From NCBI GenBank assembly GCA_026023565.1, contig JAPETS010000035.1, positions 186,001 to 250,000 of the forward strand: a DNA stretch of 64,000 nt. The letters run 5' to 3'. The first letter of the stretch is position 1. Every line of letters starts with the position of its first letter. Source of the stretch: Cirrosporium novae-zelandiae. Lineage: Eukaryota. The notes beneath the pieces were generated by a model that worked only from the letters and a program-made list of their open reading frames with translations, was not told the origin of the DNA and made no database searches. This document shows, in pieces, positions 12,343 through 25,882 of the stretch. The translations under genes were made by a program, and so were the position numbers.

Positions 12343-15300
12343 ATCATCAGTAACTGGGGAAGGCTAATACAGTAGTCAGAGAGGATATTCGTGGAACAAT
12401 ACTTGAAGATCGACGTCCTATTTTCGGACAGCAGAAGCTAACAGCAGGTAGCCTAGTGGAAATCTCTGCGGAATCCCGACGCTGTGATTCTGCAACGGCA
12501 ATCTACTCGAAAGAGGCAGTAAAAAAGGGAAGTAGAGAGCAACAGGCAGTAAATTAAGAGGATGAGGGATAGATTTATTCTGCGACGAGCTAAAGGTAAG
12601 ACCTAAAGAAACAATGGGATTGGCGCCTGGTGGTAGTTTGAGGATGCTTCTCAACCAATCTATTGATTTAGAACAAGCCAATGGATTCGGAGTTGCATCA
12701 AAGAGAGTAATTGTTTCGAGGATGGCGAGTGTTTCGCAAAGGCGCAGGATGGTGAGATGCAAAGGTGTGGAAAGGTCTTAGGTTGAAGATAGTCGTTGCG
12801 GTTTGTTCAGGCAATGCGGTGGGAGGATGTGAGATAGTAGAAGTTTTTGTTTTGGGTTGTGATGTTAAAGAAAGCATCAATGTTCCAGGTTGACAGGTTT
12901 AGAGCAACGATCAAAAAGAGCCCATTGCTAAAGAAAGGGTAGAAGGGGCCTTGTTTTGCTGTTTTAGCGGGTTGAAGGTGTTGAGGGCGGAGGGGCGGAT
13001 TCAGACGGAATTTCACAGATATCGCCGGTGCTCAGAATATCAAGATGCATGCGGTACGATTCAGTGGTTCAATGTGTTGGCGAATGGATCAACTGCTTTG
13101 GCATGGTGTCGGTGTTAAGAGAGCTTTTAGTCTGCATCAAAGGTCAACGTTGCAGTTGTAATTTTCGAGTATTCTATAGGTCGGTTGAAGTTCTGTGAGG
13201 TTTTTTCTGGTTGTTTTTTTGTTGTATTTTATTGTCCTTTCACGTTGGCTAATGGTTAGAAACATCAGATTCTGAAGTCATAATGAGATAGGTACCATTA
13301 TTCAACGAATTAACCATGGATAGCGAGGCTAGGCAGAATCACTTGCTCTACCAAACACATCAATATTAGACTTAAACAGTCCAGTCAGCGAGGGGTTGGA
13401 TAAGTCATCCAGCAACTTCATGTTACCTTGTAGAGAGAGCTTTCTACTGTGGATCAGCAACCCACAATCAATCGCAAGCAATCTCCAGTCAATCAAAATG
13501 CTTCAAGACGTTGTTCGACCTTATGACTAAGAATGTTTACCTAAGTTTCATTCCGCTTTGTCATCAATCACTGACTTAGTGCTTCGCTATCTAGACTATT
13601 TACAGCCCCCATCAACAAGGGTTGTTCTGTTCTTTGAATATCGATCTCGATTTACCATCTCTTGATGCCACTTTGTCATCTCTTCATCTCATAATGCCAG
13701 ATCCTCTACCACTTCATCGATCTATACATACATCTTCAACCTTCCCCACCGTTATCGCTTCACCTCTATCCTCCTCTCCGGTCTACCCGTTCGGTCGTAT
13801 CCGTCATCGAGACCAATTATCAAATTCCTCTTATTATCGTCATATCCCCTGTGCTTCCAAAAACCATTCTGTCCTCAAAACCTGTCTTCCTATTGACTCG
13901 GAATCAATTCCCATCAACTCGTCCATCCTCTTGACTTGAGGACTCGAAACCTTAAAGTCCCTCGTTTTTCCGTTTTGCCCGCAATATTTTGCTTCTTATC
14001 ATCTCAATATCACTCAATATCACTCCCGGTATTGTTGACAGGTTCGAGGATATGGAAATGAGTTGCTGGTTCAAGAAACTATATCCTTTGCCTTTTGTGC
14101 TGGAAGACTGGAATCATGTTCAAACTGCTCTCTTTATTTCAACTCATGTATATCCAATAATCTAATGGCCACTGACTACAGTTAAGCTTAGAAGAATAAT
14201 TTCTTATTATTGCCAGTCATGTCATGCTTGATGTTTTCCCATCTTTATCTATTCCAGGCCCGATCAATACTGAAGCTGGTAATTACGCAGATGAAAAGGC
14301 TTTGTCTACATTTTTGGTCGTATCTTCCATTGTGATAAGTATACATTTCCTTATTCCAAAGGAAACCATATCAACCCATTAACTCAGAGTAAATATACCT
14401 TACCACTCTTGACAGTGCCACATATAGAGAGTATGTTCCATTCTCAGCACGATATAGAAAATGGGCTCAGCTCTACATCCAACAAAGAATACCTGGCGGG
14501 CTTTTATAGGTGGTTGCCAATGACAAAGGTGATATACCCTCAGATAGACCCAGCCTCTATTTTCCCCAAACACCCGATTAGAAGTTGGTGCTAGATCTTT
14601 CAGGGGTGAACAAATCAATAATTCCTACGAATAGACCTATCTAGCGGGAACGACTGTTTCGAAGGTGTAACACTTGATGGATTATTAACCATCTACTTGT
14701 AAATTCTTCAGAGGGTCCTTCTATACATTATGTCTTTGATCCAAACGCATGCGTATTTGTTGTGGGATCGTGAAACGACCTTTGTTTCAATGAATGTAGA
14801 GTAACTTTCAACCGAACATGTGAATCAGACATGCTCTCTCTTTCTATAAAATAACGATACAAGAGATCAATCGATTTTGCTATCTTTCACTCCTCAGGTT
14901 ATCTCCTTTGTAGACAATGGTTCAATGTCCGTTAGTATGATGCATAGTAGAGTATGCATCGTATATATAATTAAAGCATGCATTGATAGTCTCATGGCTT
15001 GGCCAAGTTCAAAAAAAGAAGATTACGAACCTCAAACATGTCACCGCATATATGTACTCGATCTCCTTTTCAGGACTTCCGAGGCGAGAGTGTACACTTT
15101 GACCATACCCAGAAGACGGTTTCGATATTGCAGCCTCACATAGAACGCCAACAAGTTCGGTAACGATGGGCAATTTATCACAGCCATCAGACAATTTCCG
15201 AATCACATGACTGAAATTGCACCAGCAGATCCGTAGCGGTTCTGCAAGCCCAATTTCGTTGGAAGGAGCTGAGTCCACCAGTCTGGATCTTGTGAGATGT

Positions 15301-18196
15301 CAAGTTGATTCGAATGAAGGGGATTGGAGGGTAGTTATCTATCACAAAATTATGGCGTCTAGAAAACCGATAGAAGATCCTGTATTTCGGGAGCTATTGC
15401 GGGGACCGGCCTTTTCCCCAGTCTCCTTCAACGGCACTGTGTGAACCACCAGAGATTAATGTAACAAATGTCTAGGAATTTGGACAGCAACCCACGAATG
15501 TGAGTCCAACCATATCATCACATACATATAGCTGTGAATCGTGACTCTGCTTTGACGGTGCCGTTTGTGATCAGACTCGGAACTTGCTTAGGATGATAAG
15601 ACAAGACTGGACTGGTCTTTTTTTTGAATAGCGAACGAACGGACCCTGCTGACCTGAGGAAATTCTTCCGGCATCCATGTAAGAGACATGGGATCGATCC
15701 AACACTGCATTGAGATGCTCTTGCCCTGCAGCCCAAGACTTATTGGTCCTATAATGTATGCATGAAGAGCATAATGGAACACCTCTCTACGTCATGTTCA
15801 TCCTTCACTTATGGTTTGTTTTCTCCAACATTATATTACCCTGAACACGACGCAATTTACGGTTGAATCTATCTCCTTTGATTTCAATATTTATATGGTA
15901 CGAGGTAGAGGAACGCTCGTCCCGAGCCGCCTGTCATGATAGCCCTTAGCCGTTGTCTTATTTTCGACGGACCAACGCCTCGTCGTCAATTTTGGTCTGG
16001 TAGATTGATCGGGGATAGAGGGAGGAGAAGCATATTCTGAAACTGCTAAACCAAAATATTTTCTTCATCAACATTTCGGATTTATGGTGGATGGGCGCCA
16101 TCTCCGACCATATCCAGACAGTAGCGGAGGATACACAACAGATGTATTTTGCCAACTACATTTTGGCGAGGCTGCAGAGTACCTGGTACATGTACATGAG
16201 GACATGCTTGTAGCGATGGTGTAAAACCTTGAGGATGTTCGGATGCTTGGCTCCAAGACAAAGGAGTCATTGGGTGGGGAAGAAAGACCAGTCTACAAAA
16301 GTCCCGATTTACGAATAATATTGGTTGCCAACTTGCCATTCTCTGCGTGAAATCTCCAAACCTTCGATTTTCTACGAACCAATCCTACTACTCGAGGTAA
16401 CGATGTATATAAAATGGAATATTTGCCGAGCGCGTGGTCGGGTTCCAGTGACGACTAATTACCTTGGTGGATACATGCGAAGGTTGCAGTCTCGGAGAAA
16501 CAAAGACCACTGAAGTAGTTACCAAGCGATCCAAGGGCTTTTTATGAGCATGAGGATATGGCATAATACATAATATGGCTGCAGTTGAGGCGGAAAGGAA
16601 AAAAAGCGGGTTTGGTCTAAATGAAGTCTTGTTGGAAGCAGAGTGGAATTGGATGGCGGTCAACTAGAAGCGGGCTCTAGAAGTAGAAGAGAATTATTGG
16701 ACTTCTCCTGACTTTCTCCTTTTTGGATAGAAAATAATGGGTTAATGTGGATAAGGGAATTTTCGAAGGAAGGAAGCTTAGGGAATTTGAAATAAATAAA
16801 TAGAAATTAGAAAAAAATTCAAAAGTGACGCTCCCGAGAGCCTTATTTGAATATCGTTAATCTTGGAACCCCTATTTTCCTATACCCCGGTCACATCCCT
16901 TTTCTCCTTTTGTTTTTTGTTTTTGTGTATTTTATTTTATTTTTATTTATTTTTACTTGATGACTTGACTTCCCTCATTTCCCATTTGATTGCGACGCGG
17001 CCTCTACTGGGCCATTGCAGGAGAGTTGGTCTTTGGTTTTCTCGGGGGGGGGTCCTCTCGTGGCCTTCTCGTAAGCTCTTTGTAACTTTGAATGGTCAAG
17101 ATTTCAAACGCTAAGGGAAAGGCACGTACCGCATTACGGTACCAGGACACTTCGGTACCAAAACCAACCAAAGTCGACCAAACAAGAACCAGACAAGACC
17201 AAGTTGACCAAACAAGACCAAAGTTACCAATAGTTACCGATGCCCACTAACTGCCCACTACCGGTGTTCTTAGGGGACTCTAGGGGCTCTTCTACCAGTA
17301 CGGGGCGAGCTGCCTTTTTCTCCTGTAATTATCGATCCCTTGAAACGCCCTCCCTCAAAACTGCCACCATAGGCCACCATACACCATAATACTTTTACAT
17401 TTCCCTTCCATTAACGACCACCAAACACCCACCTCAAACCTCCTATCCTTCTTCCTCCATCTTGTCCCTATCTTGATCCATCCTCCCAACAATCGAATCA
17501 TAACTCTTTCCTCTTTTCTCCCTTGCTAAATTCTCTCCCCACCATCTATCATCTCTTAACTTAACCTGCATCTTACCCCTTGCTGCATCCCCCCGAAAAC
17601 CCACCGAGAAGAATACGAGAAACCCGTTCAAAAACGCCCTTTGGCTTACTTCTCGTGGGTGGTGTGTGTGTGTGTGCATGCCTTGTCCTCCGCTGATCGG
17701 CCACCAAAAAACCTATTTACATCAATACTCTACATAGTTGGATTCATTCTCAGTAACCTTACGCATGCAGCGACAAACGGCCCCTTCGAATCTATCATAA
17801 TATTCTTTCTTTCATCTTGTTATGATCTTCATGTCCTGGACGAGTCACGACGATTAAAAGAGACGACAAGACACGGCAATACCAAATAGATCTACCGAGT
17901 GAACGCATTTCATCGCACTCGACCTCAGGACTCACCGTCCTCCTGTACAAACTAATCAGAAAATCTATTGACAACCCCTCGACTATACAAGATATTCCGA
18001 AATCTGAAAAATTTCCGTGCTTTGACTTCCTTGTGGCTATTTGGTTAGACAAGAGGGAAAAAAAAAAAAAACTCAAGCTTGGTCTTCGCGAGGTTCCGAA
18101 AGAAGAAATTTGCATTTTTCGTTTCTTCAGCTTGACCGCCAATCAAAGCCCCAAATATTTCGACCACTTCCCTCTTTCCCGTCTCTGCCCATCTCG

Positions 18197-20152
18197 ATGA
18201 GTGCATTTCATCCTCAGAGTGAAATGTACCACGATAATCCTGCCAGCCGATCTCCTGGTTCTCATCGACAGCAACAACAGACCTTGCATCGCCAATCTTC
18301 ACGACAGTTTGATGTTTACGGCCAAATTCCAACCGGACTCTACACGACAGACGACTCTCTAGCAAGGCTGGACACCGGGAGATTTGATCGAATGAATACA
18401 ACCATGCATAGCGGAACGTATAGTTATGATTTGAGCGCTGCTCAGACATGGAATCCAAATGCTTATAATGGGGCAAATACGATGACAAGTCTTTCAGCTA
18501 CAGGAAGGATGCGACCGACGATCCCTCGACGAACTGGTCTCCCAACTGTAAGTTTGCCAACCTCCGCCTTTGGTCTGTCCTGGTGCTAACCCACATTGCA
18601 AGACCTGGCTTGACCAACCGCAACTGCCATCCAACCTAGGATTTCCTGGCTTAGGTCCCGGATCTCTGGGTGGTGTGCAGTTCCGACAGGATGGGATGGG
18701 TCAAGACCCTGATGAAGAACTAATTCCAACTGCTATTGTCATCAAAAATATACCCTTTGCCGTCAAGAAAGAACAACTCGTCCAGCTCATGACTGATATG
18801 AACCTTCCACTACCATATGCATTTAACTACCATTTTGATAATGGCGTTTTTCGTGGTCTGGCATTTGCAAATTTCACTTCTGCCGAAGAGACTGCTCTAG
18901 TAATCGAGACCTTGAATCACTTTGAACTTCAAGGGAGGAAATTAAGGGTCGAGTATAAGAAGATGTTGCCGCTGCAAGAGAGAGAAAGAATCGAGAGAGA
19001 GAAACGAGAGAGACGAGGTCAGTTGGAGGAACAGCATCGCCCGATGGGAACTTCCCAGCTGCATAACCAGCACTCAATGTCTTCCATGTCGTCTCATATC
19101 CCGACTACGTCGCCTTCGCCTGTTTCGCAGCGAAGCATGAAATTTGGTATGTTTTGCTCACCCTTTAATTTGGTTCTCGTTCTTACGCGACTTTAGATGT
19201 TGATCTCAATGATCCCCAAACGCTTAATTTCTATTCACAGATACTACTCTTCAAAGATGATATGACGAGAGAAGCTGTAATATTCTCACCAAACCTATCT
19301 CCTATCCAGAGACGTGTCGTTCATACCTTGGCTCATCACATGGGCCTTTCCCACGTATCCAGAGGCAATGGTGATCAACGACAGGTTCATGTTTTCCGTC
19401 CCCAGCCGGGCAACAATTCAAGCCCACCACTGCCGCAAATGTCCAGTACAATATTCTCTAGCGATCCTTCCAGGAGAGGCTTGAATCGCGCTGCCACTAT
19501 TGATTTCAGCGAAGCGCGTGGATCCGACAACATGCATTCTAATCTGCGTGGTCAAGGTTCTGGTTTCTTGGGTATCCCAGATTCCCCTGGTGGCCTGAAT
19601 GCCCAAAGTCTACGTGCTGCTAAGTCATATGCCGACCTCCGCTCTTATACGCCTTCTCCTGTTCCCTCTTCTGCTAGTTTCCCTGCTGCTATTCAATCCA
19701 ATGTTTCTCGTTTCCAAGACTATGGTCCAGGTTCAGCGTCGTCTACAACTCCCACCTTAACTCCAACTGCCTCTGGATCTGCTCTTGGCAATCACCGTGA
19801 TGAAAGTCTTCTCGTCAACGGCCTCGGCAGTATGTCTATTGGTACATCTCTAAGTGGTCTTTCCAATGGTGGAAGCCCACAACGACTCCGAAGTCTATTT
19901 TCTTGGGACCAGGATAATGGGAATAGCATATCTACCGGGGGTCCCATTGGTAGTCAGCGTTCTGTGAGTGTCAACATGGGATTTGATGATGCGGCCAGAG
20001 ATCGTTCGCAAGCAATGCCGTTGAGGCAGCCAAGAAATCCTCCAACGGAAAGAGGATCTGGATTTGGAACAAGGCGGCAGAATGGACACCAGAGTCGAGA
20101 CAGTGATGAATTACGGAATGGAGGAAGTGGAGTGGAGATTATTGTTGAGTAA
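18197..20152 (+). CDS. RRM + R3H RNA-binding protein (Pin4/Cip2 family); exons 18197-18547, 18603-19146, 19197-20152
   Basis: RRM: PTAIVIKNIPFAVKKEQL...YAFNYHFDNGVFRGLAFANF...GRKLRVEYKK. R3H: LSPIQRRVVHTLAHHMGLSHVSRG. Introns are canonical. Confidence 0.9.
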
Positions 20153-21959
20153 GGGTATTTCGAGGGATGTTGCCGTTGTGGTGAAGAAGTTTTTCGCGCC
20201 GTGGGATGTAATCGCGGATGCACGCACATGCAAATGGGAGTTTTTAGGAAAGTGTCTTTGTCTTGTTTAACAGTGTTTCCAAAGGAGGGTGGGTTGGATT
20301 CAAAGGAATACACGAACTGACTGGGTTGTGTTGTGAATGCAGTTGGGTGCGTTGGTGTTGCAGGGCATGATGAAGGTATGAGAATGATGCGGTTAAAGCT
20401 GTGGACATATGATATATAATACTTTTTTTTTTTTTTTTATCTATGTGACGGCATTTTTCAGCAAAAGGCAGGCAGGACACTAAAGAAAAAACAACGTGCA
20501 AAGATTTCCAAGTGAAGAAGAACTGAACTGAACTGAGAACCTTAAGGTGTTAATTTTTTTGAAATTTGTGATTTGTGATTTGAGATGTGAAAAGGAATGA
20601 GATGAAGACGTGTTAAGGAAAGACAGACAGACCGTATTTTAAAAACAATTGTTAAGCTGGGATATGCCATTGGATTGAGTAGGGTAGGGCAGGGGAGGGA
20701 GAGGAGTTGAGAGTATGTGGAGTGGAAGTGGAAGGGTTCGGGGCAGAGTTTTTTTTTATATTTGGATATTTGGATATTTGTTGTGTGTGTGTCTGGTGTC
20801 TCAGACGGTGTTGTTGTTTTTAATAATCAAGATTTTTATTACCTCTTTTTTCTGTCATTATTCATTATTGCTGTTGGTAGGGTAAACAACCAATCCATCC
20901 ATCTCTCTTATCTATGTATCTATTATGTGAACGGATTTTGAACATGCATGTGGATAAGAAAGAAGTGCACATAACTATGGATTTTGGATTTGGGATTTGG
21001 ATTTTGGTTTGGATTTGGGATTTGGATATGGGATTTATTTTATTTATTGTTGGGGGGAGGGGATGAGGGAAGTGGGAAGTGGGGATATAGATATTTACTT
21101 GGTGTTACTTATAGTGTTACTTAATTATCATCATTTTACATTTTACATTTTACATTTTATACGTACAAGTACATATATAGAAGTACAGTTTTTTTTTACT
21201 TTTCACCACCATTGGGGGAAGGGAAAGTGGGTATAGATTTGGATATGGGGTTTATTATTGGGGTTATGGGGGATTTTTTGTGTTGCGAGGAGAAGGAGAA
21301 GGGAGAGGAAGAGTGGAAAGAGGGAATATATATATCGTTCTTTACTTGGTGTTACTTATTCATTATTCATATCTATATCCAAATCATATCCGAATCAAAT
21401 CAAATCAAAATAAAATTAAACCTAAGAACCAAAAAAACCAATGTTCAAATAAAGGATAAGCATGAATTAAGTATTTTTTTTTTTCCCTTCTATATATATA
21501 TATATATACGCTTTTTTTGTGTTTGTTGTGTTTTGTCGTGTGTTTGTCTCTGATTTTTTTTTATACATATCGTCTATATAGATATTCCTTCCTTTGGTGG
21601 TTGGTTAGTATGAACAGAGTCAGAGTCAGAGTATGAGTATGAGTAGAGCAGAAATGAAGGGAAGGGAAAGGGAAGGGGAAAGGTTCCGTCCGTCCATTCG
21701 TCATACTTAGACTACCACCAAACTACTATTAATTACTTCTTACATTATTACGCTTAGGGATATATACGCATACGTAGACAAAAATCTGCATACACAAAAT
21801 CCCCGAAACCTACCTACCTACCTAGGGGAGAGAGAGGGCAGAGCGAGAAGGGGAGATGAGAGATGAGAGATGGGAGATGAGAGATGAGATGAGATGAGGT
21901 GAGACCTACAGTACCTCTGGAAAGTATACTTTAGTTATTGTTTGGTCTGGTTAGGGGTT

Positions 21960-21990
<31 letters not shown>

Positions 21991-22443
21991 CGGAAAGGGA
22001 CTCGAAGGCGGGAGGAAGGCGAAATAAGGAGTTTATTCAGTTGATTGATTGATTGATTGATTGATTATGAGATTGCTAGAGTTCGGGAGGGGAGGAAGGG
22101 AGGGAAGTATAATAATAATAATAATGATTCATTTTTATTATCTGTATGTCACCTTTAGGTTATGGCTGATATCGTTCGGGAAGTATGTACAGGTCTTGGG
22201 CTTGTGGATGGGATATTACATCATATATCATATCATTTATCGCTATTCATTTACTAGATATGGTACAATACAATAAATACTAAGTACAGTACTGTACAAT
22301 ATGCAATCACCCCTAACCCAAATCCCCGAACCCAATCCAATCCATCCCATTGATAAGACCCCAAATCTCAAGAACCCTAACCCAAAACCCCCGAACCCAA
22401 AATCCAAATCCAAATCCAAAACTCAAGAGCTAAGAGCTAAGAG

Positions 22444-24453
22444 TTAAGAGCTACAGCTACAATGTCCACCCCTCTCAATTTTGGGTACATCCCCGCACCA
22501 CCTCTGTCTGTGAGCTTCTCCCCCATCATCCCCCTCTCCCTCCCCATCCCCACCCCAATCATCCCACCGTTCCTCAAACGGCCTCTCCAAAGCCCTCATA
22601 ACCCACCCCAACACATCCCTCTCCCCATTCTTCTCAACCCTCTCAATAACCTCCTTCAGCACCCACCCCCTAGGCAAAAACTTCGGATTCACCCCCCTCA
22701 TCGCCGCCTGTCTCTCTCCATCGTTCTCAGGTTGCGTTTCCAAATCCCAGTCCTGGATGACGCGATCGCGCCATGTAGCCAGCCATGTAGCGATGCATTC
22801 GCGAGCGGCAGCTTCATCGCGGGGGACACCTTCAGCGTGAAAGAAGTGGCTTGCGGCCGAGGTTCTGAGATCTGGGGTGGTGAGGTCTAAGAGGGAGAGG
22901 TTGCTGAGATGGCGGAAGAAGTGGTTGAAATCTAGGGAGAGGGATTCGAGCATGTCGAGGAGGGGGGTGAAGAGGGTATCGAAGTCTGATGGGTGCTGGG
23001 TTTTTAGTCCTAGGCGCAAGGTCATGAGGGTGGTGTATTGGGAGAGGAAGAGGGATTTAAATTCGGATTGGGCGCGTGTGATGGTGGTTAAGGCACGGGT
23101 GGTTATGGCGGAGGTGCCGTCGTCGGAGGGGAGGATGTCGGATTTGAGGAAGGTTGGTGTGTCGATGAGATCGCCTGCGCCCAGGAGCTCGCCCATGGCT
23201 TCGCCCAACCGGACGAGGTTCCACCAGATTATTGAGGGCTGGTTTTTGTAGCTGTATCGTAGCGACCAGTCATCGTGGTTAGGCGTGTAGTCTGGGTCGA
23301 AGTCGTCCATGAAAGCAAAGGGGCCAAAGTCGAGGGAGAGTCCGAGTAAGGATGTGTTGTCTGTGTTTAGCACCCCGTTTAGGAATCCGTATGCCTGCCA
23401 GTATGCGACCGTAACGGCGTTTTGCCGCACGATGTAGCGGTACAGGCGGACGAACCGGTTTTCGTCCATCGAGGTGTCCGGCGCGCCTGGGGGCGTTTGG
23501 ATTTCGTCTTTTGGAATCCCTGTTGGGACGTCCTTGGCTGCTGTGGGGAAGGATGACGTGTCAGCGGGTAGGGCGGCGGGCAGTGCGACCCACGACCCCG
23601 GGACGACATGTTCGGCGAAGTAGGTTGCTAGGTTTCTGATGTTGGCGCGGTCGCCTCGCGTGCGTAGCAGGTCGAACGTGCCGATTCTTAGCCATGACGG
23701 CGCGAACCGCGATACGATGGCGCAGGGCTCGATGCGCTCCCGCACGGCGTCAGTTGTGGGGAGGAGGGTTAGCGACAGTGCACGCGTCGTTGGGATGTGG
23801 AGGCCATGCAGGGCTTCCGAGATGATGTATTCTCTGATGCTAGAGCGGACCACGGCTTTTCCGTCTGCGAACCGGGAGTAGGGGGTTCGCCCTGCGCCCT
23901 TGAGTTGGAACTCCCATCTGATACCTGTTGTTGGTGAAGGGGTTTCAAAAAGAGAGATGGCACGACCATCGCCCAGCTGGCCTGCCCACTGTCCGAATTG
24001 CCAGCCCCCGTAACATTGCGCCCATGGGTAGACGCCTTCCTCTTTCTCGGCATCCCAAAATATCTTCTGGCCCGCAACCATGTCTCCGAATTCCTTGGTC
24101 TTTTCTTCCCCTTCCTTCAACCCTAAATCCCGCATTGCCATTTTGCTCACGCTGATGACCTCATATTCTTCTGCTTGTGATTCATCGGGCCGTATATATG
24201 TGAACAGCGCCTCTTTTACTATTCGGGGATGGAATGCCTGGCGGGGAGCCCTGTGCGAATCTTGCGGGGTAGGAAATTGGGGATCGGCAGGGAGGTTATC
24301 TGTGAATGTGGATACTTTTGGGAGGCTGTCGACCGTATGGGTCGGGGGATCTTTGGATAATTGGGATGACATTTGTGTGATGCGATTTCTGGTCACTGTG
24401 AATGATGTACTGGAGATGCAGTTGTGGCGCCAGCAGGCGAGATTGCGGAACAT
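22444..24453 (-). CDS. FMP40: Selenoprotein O family protein adenylyltransferase (YdiU/Fmp40), Cys-type, probably mitochondrial
   Basis: YGGWQFGQWAGQLGDGRA, QLKGAGRTPYSRFADG, GVLNTDN and DFGPF motifs. C-terminus CSCSS. Arg/Ser/Thr-rich N-terminus. No introns. Confidence 0.95.
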   Translation of the reverse strand: MFRNLACWRHNCISSTSFTVTRNRITQMSSQLSKDPPTHTVDSLPKVSTFTDNLPADPQFPTPQDSHRAPRQAFHPRIVKEALFTYIRPDESQAEEYEVISVSKMAMRDLGLKEGEEKTKEFGDMVAGQKIFWDAEKEEGVYPWAQCYGGWQFGQWAGQLGDGRAISLFETPSPTTGIRWEFQLKGAGRTPYSRFADGKAVVRSSIREYIISEALHGLHIPTTRALSLTLLPTTDAVRERIEPCAIVSRFAPSWLRIGTFDLLRTRGDRANIRNLATYFAEHVVPGSWVALPAALPADTSSFPTAAKDVPTGIPKDEIQTPPGAPDTSMDENRFVRLYRYIVRQNAVTVAYWQAYGFLNGVLNTDNTSLLGLSLDFGPFAFMDDFDPDYTPNHDDWSLRYSYKNQPSIIWWNLVRLGEAMGELLGAGDLIDTPTFLKSDILPSDDGTSAITTRALTTITRAQSEFKSLFLSQYTTLMTLRLGLKTQHPSDFDTLFTPLLDMLESLSLDFNHFFRHLSNLSLLDLTTPDLRTSAASHFFHAEGVPRDEAAARECIATWLATWRDRVIQDWDLETQPENDGERQAAMRGVNPKFLPRGWVLKEVIERVEKNGERDVLGWVMRALERPFEERWDDWGGDGEGEGDDGGEAHRQRWCGDVPKIERGGHCSCSS

Positions 24454-24908
24454 GTACAGCGAAAAAGAGAATTGAAACTATAGAATGTATATGTATATAT
24501 GGAAGGAAGTATTGATAAAGGAAAAAAATTCAAAGGAGGGGAGATGTTGACTATCAAAAGGTTGAGATGATGTTCTAGCCTTCTTGCGTCATGGTGCTGC
24601 TTATCGATAACAATGAGAGGCGTAGAGGGTGAGAAATCCAACATGTGGGGAAATCATCAGGTAGATCGAATCCGTACTCATATTCGTTCTGGCTAGTTGA
24701 AGAGACGATCAATAATTACTAAAAGACATGTTTTGTAATATTTCTAGAATTACATGATAAAAATGAAGCATCGTGGTTTGCATACACCGCATGCTACCTG
24801 ATCTGGTCTGGCCTCTCCGATATCGGCATTGCCCTATGCAATACTTTCTAGAAAGTAGGACTTTGGTTATATACACAGTAAGCTTATCACTGGCTACCAT
24901 TCCATACC

Positions 24909-25882
24909 TTACCGAAAGTCATTCTTATCAAATTTGGCAACCCAGAAACCCCTATAGTTCTTTCCTTTGCCTTGCTCCCTGATGTCTTCCACCTCCTTGG
25001 GGGTCAATTTAAATGTCAAAGCCCTCAGATAATCACTCATCCTCTGCTCCTTCCGACTCGTTGTGATGGCCACAACGCCCTGACCGATGCACCATTGCAG
25101 CATGATCTCGGCTTCGCTGACATTGTATTTCTGCGAGAGGCTCGCAAGGTAACCATCTAGAGGTCCTGGCTTGGCCTTGACTACAGGTGTGAGGGGCGCG
25201 TAGGCAGCAATGGCAATGCCATGTTCCTTGCAGAAAGGAATCAGGTTTCCATGTTGAAGATAGGGATGGTATTCAATTTGATTGATGGCTGGAGTGACCG
25301 TGGCGCTTTTCAGCGTGGCTTCAAGATGTTCCTGAAGATAGTTTGACACCCCGATGCTCTTTGCTTTTCCCAACTTCTGCACCTTTTCCATATCGGCCCA
25401 TTTGGCTTGTAGGTCTTGGTCGGACTTGGCAAAAAACGGTGAATGAATCAGATAAAGATCTACATAGTCCAAGCCGAGTTTCTTGAGCGATACGTCAAGA
25501 GCGGCAGGAATATCAGCGATATTTGAGATCACCTTGGTAGTGACGAACAGGGAGTCACGAGGCACGCCACTTTTTTTGATAGCTTCACCAAGCTCGGGTT
25601 CGGTACCATAGACCTCAGCACCATCAAGATGAGTGTAACCCATTTTGGTGGCTGTCTTGAGGGCTTCGACGAGGTCTTGGTCTAGACCTTTTGCGTCACG
25701 ACGTTTGTACCATGACGTTCCAGTACCGTATCCGAGCTGATACGGAAGAGGGTATTAGTGATGAGTATGGATAAATGGAGTCCAATTGTCCGAGGAAATG
25801 CAGGAATCTAGGTTCATACCATAGGAATTGTTTTGCCATCATTCAACTTCAGAGTAGGGCATTTTATATTGAGGTTTGCCAT
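24909..25882 (-). CDS. NADPH-dependent aldo-keto reductase (ketopantoyl-lactone/conjugated polyketone reductase-like); exons 25882-25820, 25736-24909; alternative in-frame ATG at 26056
   Basis: LNDGKTIPM/LGYGTG. The catalytic tetrad sits in HLDGAEVY, FVTTK and LYLIHSP. KSIGVSNY and NQIEYHPY motifs present. Confidence 0.93.

Noticed and set aside
16660..16780. Heat-shock elements between HSF1 and the RRM gene
   Set aside because: GAA/TTC units do not form three correctly spaced inverted nGAAn repeats.
22310..22400. CCCTAACCC motifs as telomere repeats or a telomerase RNA template
   Set aside because: They are isolated copies inside a C/A-rich low-complexity tract, with no array and no supporting structure.
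22444..22465. Selenocysteine in SelO (C-terminal CxU motif)
   Set aside because: The C-terminus reads C-S-C-S-S-TAA with ordinary Cys codons and no in-frame TGA, so it is the usual Cys homologue.
22462..24475. Several 100-140 aa antisense ORFs over FMP40, and similar ones over the sulfatase and PEX16
   Set aside because: These are expected shadows of GC-rich, skewed codon usage and carry no independent motifs.
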